Shown here one piece after another: positions 1 to 9,588 of a stretch of 58,659 bases of DNA. The stretch comes from Bacteroidales bacterium (GTDB lineage Bacteria; Bacteroidota; Bacteroidia; Bacteroidales; VadinHA17). Position 1 is the stretch's first letter. Every line of letters begins with the position of its first letter. The notes under the pieces are model-generated. The model was not told where the DNA came from. It saw only the letters and a program-made list of their open reading frames with translations, and did no database searches. Where the stretch lies: contig PLNF01000035.1 of assembly GCA_003141715.1 (NCBI GenBank), positions 9,837-68,495 on the forward strand. The letters run 5' to 3'. Both the position numbers and the translations under genes were made by a program.

Positions 1-2295
1 ATTCTTCGATACGAGAATGTTATTGGGTACTTTTGTATCTGCATCGGAGGGGTAAACCCAGAGAGGATAAGAATTTTCGTAATGAGTTCCTTCAAGAAAG
101 ATTGAAAGAGTAAGTTTTTCTGCTTTGGAAAACCTCAGAAGATCAATATTAAGAGATCCGATATTTGTTAATCCTCCTTGTAAAATATTAACTACTTCTT
201 CACCCTGGAAAATTATTTCACCATTCCTGTTTTTAAGTTCCCATTTTACAGGTTGCGCTTTTAATGAAATTTCGGAATAATTTGCCACCTGGATCTTCCC
301 ACTGAATTGTTCATTGTTCGCCCAACAATATTTTTCCATAATAACTAAAGGGACCACCCTGTTACAGAATTGACTGAATTCCCCGGGAGTTATAACTCCT
401 TTGCTATCCATAAATGCATCGAGAAGACCCACTAATGCAGTTCCCTGCCCCGGGAAATCCTGAAGGTCGAGCAGGTGGAAACCTCCAAAACCGGGAGTTC
501 TCATTGCCATCTCAATATCAGCCTTATAACAGATTGCACTCAATGCTCCGGAAGCCTTAAAAAAGTCCATAGCCTGATCACTCAGGTTATTCTCCTTAAG
601 TCGCTCCCTAAAGACTTCAAAATTCCAGGGCTTCATAACACCTGTATACTTTTTTATTTCAGCATAATTGGGATAGATTTGATACTGGCCAACCTCAGTG
701 CCGATTGACGGAACAGTGCATTTTGAAATGGCACCTGAATAGTTCCGACTGGTAGATGGATATCGACCATTAATATAACCACCATCGTTTGCGTCGGCAA
801 ACGAGAATGAGCCTCGGATATGAGTGCTGTAAGTTGTATCTGTATCGGCTCCAACACGGCAGGCGGCATAATAATCCTCACCCTCAGCATGTCCCCTGAA
901 GCCCAGATAATTATTTGATCCATAGGCCATTAAATGACGACTGTCAACCGATTTAAAATGATTTAGAAATTCTTTCATTACATCAAAATCACCTGAAAGT
1001 TCATTTCCAAGAGCAAACATTACAAAAGATGCATGATTTCCATAGGCGTCAAGAATATGGTCACCTTCCTTTAGTAAAAATGCATTTAAACTCGAATTCC
1101 TGTTCTTGCTGAATCCGCCCCAGATAGGCAATTCCGGCTGAAGATATATTCCTTCAATATCTGCAGCCTCAAAAGCGGCAAGCGGGGGTGTCCAGGAATG
1201 GAACCGGTAAAAATTGATATTGTACGATTTGGCAATCCTGAAAACTTTTTGCCAGCCTTCAACGTCCATAGGAGGATAACCTGTTAAAGGGAAAACACAT
1301 GCATCGTGCTTTCCTCGAAGAAATATCTTTGTACCGTTTATAGTAAATTGTGTCCCCTGGGTGGAAAACTTACGCATGCCAAAATCGAGGGTTGTATTAT
1401 CCAGTACTTTTTTCCCTTTCAATATGACACCCAGTTTGTACAAGGCAGGATCAAACTCGCTCCAAAAGCGGGTTTTACTTCCCATGCTGTAGGTAAGTTC
1501 AATTGTATTTCCCCCTTTCCTGAGTGTAACCGGAAATGACTTTGATGGAACACTATGTTTTGCATCGGTATTCCATGCATCAGCTTTCAGTATCAGCCTG
1601 GTCTTTTCAGTGTATCCTTCAGGATTAGATATTTTCACCCTGACTGTGATTTTTTTCAAGACAATATCGGGATAAACCTGAACTGTTTCAATATGAACCG
1701 GATTATACGCTTCGAGACAGAATTTACCAATAATACCATTCCAGTTGCTCTGCGTGTGTTCAGTCCAGGCATGTGAACCTGTCACTCCTTCAGGAACGGA
1801 ACGATCATCATTATTTATCAGAATAGTCAGTACATGTTTCCCTGGAGACAGATGGTTTGTGAGATTGTAGTACTGTGCTGTCAGTATATCTGTACTGCTC
1901 CCGATGAGATTATTGTCAACCCAGACCTGAGTTGGCTTGGTCCGCTCCATCATTAACCTGATATAATGATCTTTCCATGTTTCAGGGATAATGACCGTCT
2001 TTTGGTACCAAGCCATTCCGGCATACATCAGTTCACGTGAAAGCCTCATAGTTTCCACCCTGTTGGTATTTGGAATCCCCTTTTTGTTTTCATCTAGTGT
2101 CCCGGGCAATCTGACTGAATCGGTAAGAGTCCGGGAATACCATTTTTCTTTGATGCCAACCTTCGCTGTGTCTAATGCAAACTTCCATGAACCGTTAAGA
2201 TATGTTGTATCATGAAGGGAAACAAATGATCCTCTGTTACACGATGTTACTACAAACACTATTGCTATTAAGACATACTTAAGTTTATGATGCAT
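1..2295 (-). CDS. Glycoside hydrolase family 2 lipoprotein (beta-galactosidase/glucuronidase-like), 3' end runs off the window
   Basis: Not in ORF track. Manual translation from ATG at 2295 gives MHHKLKYVLIAIVFVVTSC (lipobox-like), LNGSWKFALD, YAGMAWYQK, HAWTEHTQSNWNGIIG. The same frame reads YPLWVYP near position 1 (ends checked, middle only partly). The short + strand ORFs here are shadows. Confidence 0.85.
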   Translation of the reverse strand, partial: MHHKLKYVLIAIVFVVTSCNRGSFVSLHDTTYLNGSWKFALDTAKVGIKEKWYSRTLTDSVRLPGTLDENKKGIPNTNRVETMRLSRELMYAGMAWYQKTVIIPETWKDHYIRLMMERTKPTQVWVDNNLIGSSTDILTAQYYNLTNHLSPGKHVLTILINNDDRSVPEGVTGSHAWTEHTQSNWNGIIGKFCLEAYNPVHIETVQVYPDIVLKKITVRVKISNPEGYTEKTRLILKADAWNTDAKHSVPSKSFPVTLRKGGNTIELTYSMGSKTRFWSEFDPALYKLGVILKGKKVLDNTTLDFGMRKFSTQGTQFTINGTKIFLRGKHDACVFPLTGYPPMDVEGWQKVFRIAKSYNINFYRFHSWTPPLAAFEAADIEGIYLQPELPIWGGFSKNRNSSLNAFLLKEGDHILDAYGNHASFVMFALGNELSGDFDVMKEFLNHFKSVDSRHLMAYGSNNYLGFRGHAEGEDYYAACRVGADTDTTYSTHIRGSFSFADANDGGYINGRYPSTSRNYSGAISKCTVPSIGTEVGQYQIYPNYAEIKKYTGVMKPWNFEVFRERLKENNLSDQAMDFFKASGALSAICYKADIEMAMRTPGFGGFHLLDLQDFPGQGTALVGLLDAFMDSKGVITPGEFSQFCNRVVPLVIMEKYCWANNEQFSGKIQVANYSEISLKAQPVKWELKNRNGEIIFQGEEVVNILQGGLTNIGSLNIDLLRFSKAEKLTLSIFLEGTHYENSYPLWVYPSDADTKVPNNILVSKN

Positions 2296-2331
2296 GTAAT
2301 TTAATTTTGGATTTTATAAGTCAATATTAAA

Positions 2332-3093
2332 TCATTCATACATATTATCAAGATCTGCCCTTGATAACTCGATCATAAGATTTCCAATCTTATTAATAAC
2401 CTCTTTTAAACATTTTTCTCCTTTCACCGGGGTTGCTTTATGCGGATTGCCAATTCCTGTATCAGCCGTGACCTTCGACCACTTACGTTCTGCCCATGCC
2501 CATTTTTCGTTTAAAGCTTTTATTCTGAATTTTTTACCAATTCCATTCCCTGCTTCATTTAGCGGCAAAACTGAGTCAGGTGCAAGATATTGCATCACAC
2601 TTGTTTCCATTTCGTCGGCATGACCCCCTCCATTTTCAAAAAAATCTGAATTCGCAAATGACTGATACCAGTTGCAACTACAGATAAACATCTTAGGATA
2701 CTTTGGTCCCAGTTCCCTGATCATCTGTTTAAAATCATTACCCCCATGTCCGTTCAGAATCAAAAACTTATAAATTTCATGCCTGTTAAGGACATCTGTC
2801 ACGTCATTTAGTATTGCTAATTGTGTACTGGGGTTCAGATTAATATTTATTTTAATATCCAGCTGACCTGTATTTACACCAAATGGAATTGTTGGCAGAA
2901 CAATTACTCCGGAGCCATTATTCCAGGCTATCTGAGCTGATTCTGTTGCAATCTTCTCAACCATTATATTATCAGTGGCAAATGGCAAATGATAATTATG
3001 CGCTTCAGTTGCGCCCCATGGCAAAACGGCCAGGTCGAATTTTTTGTCTTTTATTGCCTTCCAGTTCGTCTCAGATAAAATAAATGGTTTCAT
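2332..3093 (-). CDS. Creatininase/creatinine amidohydrolase family protein
   Basis: Metal-binding motifs GATEAHNYHLPFATD, NGHGGN, HADEMETS. Confidence 0.9.
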   Translation of the reverse strand: MKPFILSETNWKAIKDKKFDLAVLPWGATEAHNYHLPFATDNIMVEKIATESAQIAWNNGSGVIVLPTIPFGVNTGQLDIKININLNPSTQLAILNDVTDVLNRHEIYKFLILNGHGGNDFKQMIRELGPKYPKMFICSCNWYQSFANSDFFENGGGHADEMETSVMQYLAPDSVLPLNEAGNGIGKKFRIKALNEKWAWAERKWSKVTADTGIGNPHKATPVKGEKCLKEVINKIGNLMIELSRADLDNMYE

Positions 3094-3217
3094 TCTTTAA
3101 AGATATTTGTCCGGATACAGGTTTATTGCCGGAATACGAAAATAGTAAATTATCACATTATGGTAATGGTTAGCCTTGATGCGATGATAACATTATGATC
3201 AGATATCCAACTTCAAA

Positions 3218-3529
3218 CTATTTCTTTGACTTCTTCAGCTTTTTTATTTCTTTATCCTTTTGTGCTGACTCTTCTTCAAGGATGCTGATTTTATCATTCA
3301 GCTTCTCAACCCTGGCAATGAGGTTGCCCTTATCGTCCTTTAATCCTGTAACCTGCTTATTTAATTCTGTCTTATCAGCTTCGAGACCATTTATTACAGG
3401 AGTATAAACCGACTTTGCATAGAACCATGCAGTAAGATATCCGATTATTACTGCGACCAGGAGCAATGCGACAATGGTTATTACGGCTCCTGTGATAGTT
3501 TGGGCGAGTTGTATAAATAATAGTGTCAT
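3218..3529 (-). CDS. Small hypothetical membrane protein, N-terminal TM helix plus coiled coil
   Basis: Hydrophobic residues ~12-38, then heptad-like charged tail; 1 bp from the OmpA gene. Confidence 0.7.
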   Translation of the reverse strand: MTLLFIQLAQTITGAVITIVALLLVAVIIGYLTAWFYAKSVYTPVINGLEADKTELNKQVTGLKDDKGNLIARVEKLNDKISILEEESAQKDKEIKKLKKSKK

Positions 3530-3530
3530 G

Positions 3531-4043
3531 TTATTGCATTTTTATTGATATTTCTGTTCTTCTGTTTTTTGCTCTCCCCTCTTCGGTGAGATAATCTGCA
3601 GCAGGCTTATTTTTACCTTGTGATTCTGTAATAATTCTGTCTGCATTTATACCCTTAGTCTCCAGGTACTTTCCTACTGCCAAAGCTCTTTTCAGTCCAA
3701 GAGCTTTGTTATATTCAGCTGTTCCCACCAGATCGGTATTTCCGGTAACTAAAAGCATCGATCCGGTATATTTGTCAAGCCATACCTTAAACGCAGCTAA
3801 GCTGTTGTCGGTTTGTGAATCCGTTTTGAATCTTGTTTCATTAAATCCAAAATAGATCAGAAGATCCTCAGGCATCGATGCTTTAAGTTTTATTAAAGAA
3901 TCTGCCACATTAGTTTTTGATTCAGGAATTGTCTGTATCGGGACCGGCCTTTTCATCGCAGGTAAAACCTTATCGTTATAAAGCCATGCGGAGATAAAGC
4001 ACCAGATCACGAATATGACAAATCCGGTAATTAGGATTCTCAT
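3531..4043 (-). CDS. OmpA/MotB-like peptidoglycan-binding domain protein with N-terminal membrane anchor
   Basis: GNTDLVGTAEYNKALGLKRA and GRAKNRRTEI match the OmpA C-terminal domain signature. Confidence 0.9.
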   Translation of the reverse strand: MRILITGFVIFVIWCFISAWLYNDKVLPAMKRPVPIQTIPESKTNVADSLIKLKASMPEDLLIYFGFNETRFKTDSQTDNSLAAFKVWLDKYTGSMLLVTGNTDLVGTAEYNKALGLKRALAVGKYLETKGINADRIITESQGKNKPAADYLTEEGRAKNRRTEISIKMQ

Positions 4044-4135
4044 TTTATGATTTGTTAATTTAAAGATCAGCCAATTGTCCCTACAAGTTAGGAAATAATT
4101 TCAATTCAGGGGTTATGGAAAAGGTTTAAACTTCA

Positions 4136-4273
4136 TTAGGCCCCCATTTTAAAGCGATGTAATATCCGGTTAAATTTCCGGGGAATCCAGCCAATTATCT
4201 GGGGTACAGTAGCATAACCGAAATCAGGATGCTGCCCCAATGAAAAATAGAGAAGTTCATCCCTATGATATTC
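4136..4273 (-). pseudogene. Remnant of a GT39/ArnT-like (PMT family) glycosyltransferase N-terminal region
   Basis: Startless open stretch reads EYHRDELLYFSLGQHPDFGYATVPQIIGWI, resembling the HRDE-x-Y...G-H...GY...PP motif; bounded by stops at 4274-4276 and 4136-4138. Confidence 0.6.
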
Positions 4274-4305
4274 TTAAATAATTCAAATAATTACCTTTTT
4301 ATCAC

Positions 4306-5028
4306 TTATCTGCTGATGCCAGCCAGATCGCGTATCACAACAGATGCACATGCTATCCCGAAAGAAGCAGGCATATAAGAGATTGTACCTACTATTGATG
4401 CTTTATTCTGTTCACCATTTGTAGGGATTATCTTCGCTTTATCAATCACTTCAGGAGAATAGACTGCAGTAAAGCCTTCCCTTATTCCAAGCCCGTGTAA
4501 CCGTTTTCTCAATATCCGGGCGAGGGAACAATCGGTTGTTTCTGAAATATCGGAAATATATACTTTTGTAGGGTCAAATTTCCCGCCTGCTCCCATCGAA
4601 CTTACAAGAGGAAGATTTCTTTGCAAGCTGTGAAAAATAAGAAATATTTTAGGCGATAAAGTGTCGATAGCATCAACCACATAATCAAAACCCTTATCCA
4701 GCACATCTGCCATTCTTTCATCCTTAATATATTCCTGTATGACAGTGAGTTTGATATCAGGGTTTATGTCCATTATTCTTTGCCCCATTACCTCAGCTTT
4801 AGCCAGACCTTCCGTACTCTTAAGTGCGGGCAGTTGTCTGTTCCTGTTAGTAGGATGAATGTGGTCACCGTCAACTATTGTCATCGATCCAATTCCCGAC
4901 CTGCATATCATCTCTGCAGCATAGGCACCTACTCCGCCTAAACCTACAACGAGTACATTAGCGTTTTTAAGTTTTTTCAACTTCTCACTGTCCAGAATTA
5001 ATTCTGTCCTTGTCAGCCAATCAGCCAT
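4306..5028 (-). CDS. tcdA: tRNA threonylcarbamoyladenosine dehydratase (ThiF/E1-like)
   Basis: VVGLGGVG, TNRNRQ, VVDAID, SSMGAGGK, GTISYMP motifs. Confidence 0.88.
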   Translation of the reverse strand: MADWLTRTELILDSEKLKKLKNANVLVVGLGGVGAYAAEMICRSGIGSMTIVDGDHIHPTNRNRQLPALKSTEGLAKAEVMGQRIMDINPDIKLTVIQEYIKDERMADVLDKGFDYVVDAIDTLSPKIFLIFHSLQRNLPLVSSMGAGGKFDPTKVYISDISETTDCSLARILRKRLHGLGIREGFTAVYSPEVIDKAKIIPTNGEQNKASIVGTISYMPASFGIACASVVIRDLAGISR

Positions 5029-5690
5029 TTATTGAAATTTTTCAGTATTATTATCTTTAGCTCATCTACCGACAGGTCAAGATCGGATGCAACTTTATCA
5101 TAAATCATTCGGATGTCAACATCTGCTCCATCTGTTTCCATAAATATTCTGTTAGCAGGCAGGTGTCTTAAAAGATCCCCTGACTCAGGTCTGAGAACAA
5201 AATCAAACCAGAATGAAAGATACATCCCTTTCGATAGCAGCTGACCTGCCAGTTCCACGTTTCCCCTGAATCCATGAACAAGCCATGGCATTTTCGGTTT
5301 TAGTTTTTTATGAACTGATAAAAGCTCATCCCATGCCCTTACACAGTGAATGACAACAGGTTTCCCTGTTTCTTCCGAAATAACTATCTGTTCTTCAAAG
5401 GCCAGACGTTGAAGCTCAATAGAAGGTCCTCTCAGCCTGTCAAAACCAGCCTCACCAATAGCTATAATATCAGGATGATTGATTGAATTTTCAACAGAAA
5501 TTATAAGTTGTTCATGATTATCTTCATTAAGGAACCATGGATGTATGCCATAGGTGTATGCAACTCCTGAAACATCTGCCGGTAATTTTTCTTCATGTGC
5601 CATCAGGCTTTCGAGGATAAACATTCCAAAGGCAGGCTTGCCGCCATGAACATGGATATCAATATAGTCTCCGGGTTGCGGAAGATACAT
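5013..5690 (-). CDS. TatD family metal-dependent hydrolase/DNase
   Basis: DIHVH, GIHPW, AIGEAGFD, IHCVRA, HGF, ETD motifs. Confidence 0.9.
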   Translation of the reverse strand: MYLPQPGDYIDIHVHGGKPAFGMFILESLMAHEEKLPADVSGVAYTYGIHPWFLNEDNHEQLIISVENSINHPDIIAIGEAGFDRLRGPSIELQRLAFEEQIVISEETGKPVVIHCVRAWDELLSVHKKLKPKMPWLVHGFRGNVELAGQLLSKGMYLSFWFDFVLRPESGDLLRHLPANRIFMETDGADVDIRMIYDKVASDLDLSVDELKIIILKNFNKWLIG

Positions 5691-5695
5691 TCCTT

Positions 5696-7204
5696 TTATT
5701 TACTTAATAATGTAACTCCTTTATCAATCCGTTTAAGTGTTTCATCCTTACCGATCCAACTGATAATATCGAACATATGAGGGCCCCTTAAGGTCCCGAC
5801 AATCAACAACCTGAGGGCATTCATTATTGCTCCGGTGTTGTAGCCATTCTTCTCAATCCATGCTTTAATAACCAGTTCAGTAGCAGCAGCGGAAAAATCA
5901 ACTGTATTCTCAAGAATTGATTTTAATTCCAATAGAAGTCCTGCAGAATCCTCTTTCCATCTTTTTTTAACAACTTCCTGATCATAAATTTCCGGGGCCT
6001 TAAAAAAGAAATCAGTCTGTTCCCAGATATCTTTCACAAAACTTACCCTCTCTTTTACCAGTCCGATAAGTGTCTCAAGTCTGATTATATCAAAATGATA
6101 ACCATGTGCTCTCAGAAATTCCCTGAATTCAATAGCAAGCTGGGTATTAGTCCTTTTTTGAAGATATTGGTGATTAAACCATTTTGCTTTTTCAGGGTCA
6201 AACCGGGAACCCGATTTGCCAACTCTGTCAATTGAAAAAGTATTAATCAGTTCATCCATAGAAAATATTTCCTGTTCAGTTCCAGGGTTCCAGCCCAGTA
6301 ATGCAAGCATATTAATAAATGGCTCGGGATAATACCCATCCTCACGATAACCCTTTGCTGTTTCGCCATATGGCCAGAAAAGAGGAAATACAGGGAATCC
6401 CATTTTATCACCGTCGCGTTTGCTTAGCTTACCCTTTCCATCGGGTTTCAGCAGTAATGGCAGGTGGGCAAAAAGAGGCGGGTTCCAGCCAAATGACCGG
6501 TACAGCATAATATGAAGTGGCAATGAAGGCAGCCATTCTTCCCCGCGGATCACATGGCTGATCTCCATAAGATGATCATCAACCAGGTGCGCCAGATGGT
6601 AAGTCGGCATGCCATCTGATTTGAATAAAACCTTATCATCGAGGGTTCCGGTATTTACGACTATATGGCCGCGTATAATATCATCAAAATGGATATCCTC
6701 ATTATGCGGCATCTTGAACCTGATAACGAAAGGTTCCCCCTTGTCAAGTTTCTCCCTCCATTCAACTTCTTTTAAAGAGACTGAGTTAATCAGTTTTTCT
6801 CTAGCTTCAGCATTATAAATAAAAGTTTTTCCTGCTTTTTCTGATTCGCTTCTCAGAGATTCAAGTTTTTCGGGAGTATCAAAAGCATAATAGGCATCAC
6901 CTTTATCAATAAGGATATCAGCATATTGCCTGTATATAGTTTTCTTGTCGCTCTGGCGATATGGGCCATAGTTTCCACCCTCCCTGATTCCTTCATCAAC
7001 AACTATTCCGCACCATTTAAGTGATTCCATAATATATTCTTCTGCACCCTCAACGAATCTTGTCTGATCTGTATCTTCGATCCTTAAGATAAAAGTGCCG
7101 CCATTCTTCTTTGCGAAAAGATAGTTGTAAAGAGCGGTTCTTACACCTCCGATATGCAAGGGACCTGTAGGACTTGGGGCAAAACGCACTCGTACTTGTT
7201 CCAT
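5696..7204 (-). CDS. gltX: Glutamate--tRNA ligase
   Basis: RFAPSPTG, HIGG, IEDTD, KLSKR. Confidence 0.98.
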   Translation of the reverse strand: MEQVRVRFAPSPTGPLHIGGVRTALYNYLFAKKNGGTFILRIEDTDQTRFVEGAEEYIMESLKWCGIVVDEGIREGGNYGPYRQSDKKTIYRQYADILIDKGDAYYAFDTPEKLESLRSESEKAGKTFIYNAEAREKLINSVSLKEVEWREKLDKGEPFVIRFKMPHNEDIHFDDIIRGHIVVNTGTLDDKVLFKSDGMPTYHLAHLVDDHLMEISHVIRGEEWLPSLPLHIMLYRSFGWNPPLFAHLPLLLKPDGKGKLSKRDGDKMGFPVFPLFWPYGETAKGYREDGYYPEPFINMLALLGWNPGTEQEIFSMDELINTFSIDRVGKSGSRFDPEKAKWFNHQYLQKRTNTQLAIEFREFLRAHGYHFDIIRLETLIGLVKERVSFVKDIWEQTDFFFKAPEIYDQEVVKKRWKEDSAGLLLELKSILENTVDFSAAATELVIKAWIEKNGYNTGAIMNALRLLIVGTLRGPHMFDIISWIGKDETLKRIDKGVTLLSK

Positions 7205-7232
7205 ATTATTACTAAACCGGTTAATGTAAATG

Positions 7233-7240
7233 CAAATATA
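7233..7240 (-). promoter_or_regulatory. Bacteroidota sigma-A -7 element upstream of gltX
   Basis: TATATTTG on minus strand matches TAnnTTTG, about 30 bp upstream of the start. Confidence 0.6.
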
Positions 7241-7330
7241 GACAAACCCGACTATATATGATACTATAACGAAAATCAGGTTTTGAACTCCGGATTTGTA
7301 TTAATTTAGCAGCAATAAAATTGTCTGTTT

Positions 7331-8365
7331 ATGAAGAAGATGAAAGCACTTGTTAAAGCCAGACCCGAAAAAGGTTTATGGATGCAAGAAGTTCCTGTTC
7401 CTGAACCGGGACTTAATGATGTAATTATAAAAGTCAAAAAGTCTGCAATATGTGGCACAGATCTTCATATTTATGAGTGGGATGATTGGTCGAAAAAAAC
7501 AATCAGGACTCCAATGATTATTGGTCATGAGTATATGGGTTATATCGAAAAGATGGGTGCCGGAGTGACCAATCTTAAAATTGGGGAAAGAGTTACCGGG
7601 GAAGGTCATCTTGCTTGCGGCCATTGTCGCAACTGCCGCCGCGGGAAGGAGCATGTATGTGAAAATACCGTGGGAATAGGAGTTCATATCGATGGATCAT
7701 TCGCAGAATATGTGAAAGTGCCTGCAGTAAATGTCATTCCGCTCGATCACAGAATTCCGGATGAATGGGCTGCAATAATGGATCCTTTCGGAAATGCTAC
7801 TCATACTGCTTTATCATTCCCGTTGATTGGGGAAGATGTTCTTATTACCGGATCGGGGCTGATTGGCAGTATGGCCGTTGCTATAGCAAAATATGCCGGT
7901 GCAAGATTTATTGTCGCCAGCGATCTCAGTGATGCACGCCTTGAAATTGCCAGGAAAATGGGAGCTACTCTTACTGTTAATCCATCGAAAGGGGAAAAAA
8001 TCTCAGATGCTGTTAAAAAGCTGAGTATGAGAGGATTCGACATAGGGCTTGAGATGTCTGGATCTCCAAAAGCATTCGTGGAGATGCTTAATAATATGTA
8101 TAATGGCTCCAGTATCTCATTACTTGGAATACTGCCATCAAACTTCGAGGTTCCCTGGAGTGATATCATTTTCAAGGCAATAACCTTAAAAGGTATATAT
8201 GGCCGAGAGATGTGGGAAACATGGTATAAGATGGAGCAGATGATAATCGGGGGGATTGATTTAAATCCTGTTATAACACACCGGTTCTCAATAGATGATT
8301 TTCAGAAGGGATTTGATGAAATGGAAAAGGGCAATTGTGGTAAGGTTATCTTAAATTGGGATTAA
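7331..8365 (+). CDS. tdh: L-threonine 3-dehydrogenase (Zn-dependent MDR type)
   Basis: ICGTDLHIY, GHE, CGHCRNC...C structural Zn site, KGIYGREMWETW; adjacent to kbl. Confidence 0.95.
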   Translation: MKKMKALVKARPEKGLWMQEVPVPEPGLNDVIIKVKKSAICGTDLHIYEWDDWSKKTIRTPMIIGHEYMGYIEKMGAGVTNLKIGERVTGEGHLACGHCRNCRRGKEHVCENTVGIGVHIDGSFAEYVKVPAVNVIPLDHRIPDEWAAIMDPFGNATHTALSFPLIGEDVLITGSGLIGSMAVAIAKYAGARFIVASDLSDARLEIARKMGATLTVNPSKGEKISDAVKKLSMRGFDIGLEMSGSPKAFVEMLNNMYNGSSISLLGILPSNFEVPWSDIIFKAITLKGIYGREMWETWYKMEQMIIGGIDLNPVITHRFSIDDFQKGFDEMEKGNCGKVILNWD

Positions 8366-8378
8366 CTAATAACAAATT

Positions 8379-9569
8379 ATGTATAATAATTATCAGAATC
8401 ATTTATTAAAAATTATTGAGGAGATTAAAGAAGTCGGTCTCTACAAGAATGAGCGTATTATCGTATCTCCGCAAGGCGCTGAAATTGAGCTGAACACGGG
8501 ACAGAAAGTACTGAATTTCTGTTCCAATAATTACCTGGGTCTTTCTAATGATCAATCGTTAATTGAAGCAGCTAAGGCTTCTCTGGATAATCATGGTTAT
8601 GGAATGTCGTCGGTAAGATTTATCTGCGGCACTACCGATCTCCATAAGGAACTTGAGAGAAAAATTGCAGAATTCTTCAGTACCGAAGATACTATCCTTT
8701 ATGCAGCCTGTTTTGACGCAAATGGCGGAGTTTTTGAACCTCTTCTAACCGAAGAGGATGCAATTATTTCTGATTCCCTGAATCATGCTTCGATTATTGA
8801 TGGTGTCCGTCTTTGCAAAGCTCAGCGCTACAGATATGAAAACGCTGACGTGGCAGATCTCGAAAAACAACTTCAACTAGCTCATAATCAGAGATTCAGA
8901 CTAATAGTAACCGATGGAGTATTCTCGATGGACGGGAATGTAGCACCTCTTGATAAAATTGTAGAGCTGGCCAATAAATACAATGCCATGGTAATGGTCG
9001 ATGAATCACACTCAGCAGGAGTAGTAGGAAAAACAGGAAGAGGAGTTACTGAACTTTATAATATTACAGGAAAAGTTGAAATCATTACAGGTACCCTGGG
9101 GAAAGCCTTCGGTGGTGCAATTGGCGGGTTTACTACAGGCAAAAAAGAGATAATTGAGATTCTGAGACAAAAGTCACGGCCCTACCTTTTTTCAAACTCT
9201 ATCCCCCCTATGGTCGCAGCAGCTGGTATCAGGATGATTGAGATGATGACTGAAACTAATGTGCTTCAGGATAAACTTCATTATAATGCTGAATACTTTA
9301 TTGCCTGTATGAAAAAACTGGGTTTCGATATAAAACCTACCAAATCAGCAATTTGTGCAGTTATGCTTTATGATGCAAGATTATCTCAGGACTTTGCAGC
9401 AAGACTTCTTAAAGAAGGCATTTATGTTATTGGATTCTATTTCCCTGTCGTTCCCAAGGGTCAGGCCAGGATAAGGGTACAACTCTCAGCAGCACATGAC
9501 CAGGAGCACCTTGATATGGCTATTAAAGCTTTCGAAAAGGTTGGCAAGAAATTAAAGGTTATAAAATAA
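8379..9569 (+). CDS. kbl: Glycine C-acetyltransferase (2-amino-3-ketobutyrate CoA ligase)
   Basis: NFCSNNYLGL, SVRFICGT, LNHASIIDG, GTLGKAFGG (PLP Lys), RPYLFSN. Confidence 0.97.
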   Translation: MYNNYQNHLLKIIEEIKEVGLYKNERIIVSPQGAEIELNTGQKVLNFCSNNYLGLSNDQSLIEAAKASLDNHGYGMSSVRFICGTTDLHKELERKIAEFFSTEDTILYAACFDANGGVFEPLLTEEDAIISDSLNHASIIDGVRLCKAQRYRYENADVADLEKQLQLAHNQRFRLIVTDGVFSMDGNVAPLDKIVELANKYNAMVMVDESHSAGVVGKTGRGVTELYNITGKVEIITGTLGKAFGGAIGGFTTGKKEIIEILRQKSRPYLFSNSIPPMVAAAGIRMIEMMTETNVLQDKLHYNAEYFIACMKKLGFDIKPTKSAICAVMLYDARLSQDFAARLLKEGIYVIGFYFPVVPKGQARIRVQLSAAHDQEHLDMAIKAFEKVGKKLKVIK

Positions 9570-9588
9570 GAAATAATGTTAAAATTCT

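Noticed and set aside
475-2215. Five short ORFs in the first 2.3 kb
   Set aside because: All overlap the long minus-strand GH2 frame and have no motifs; shadow ORFs. The same applies to the many antisense ORFs inside housekeeping genes throughout the window.
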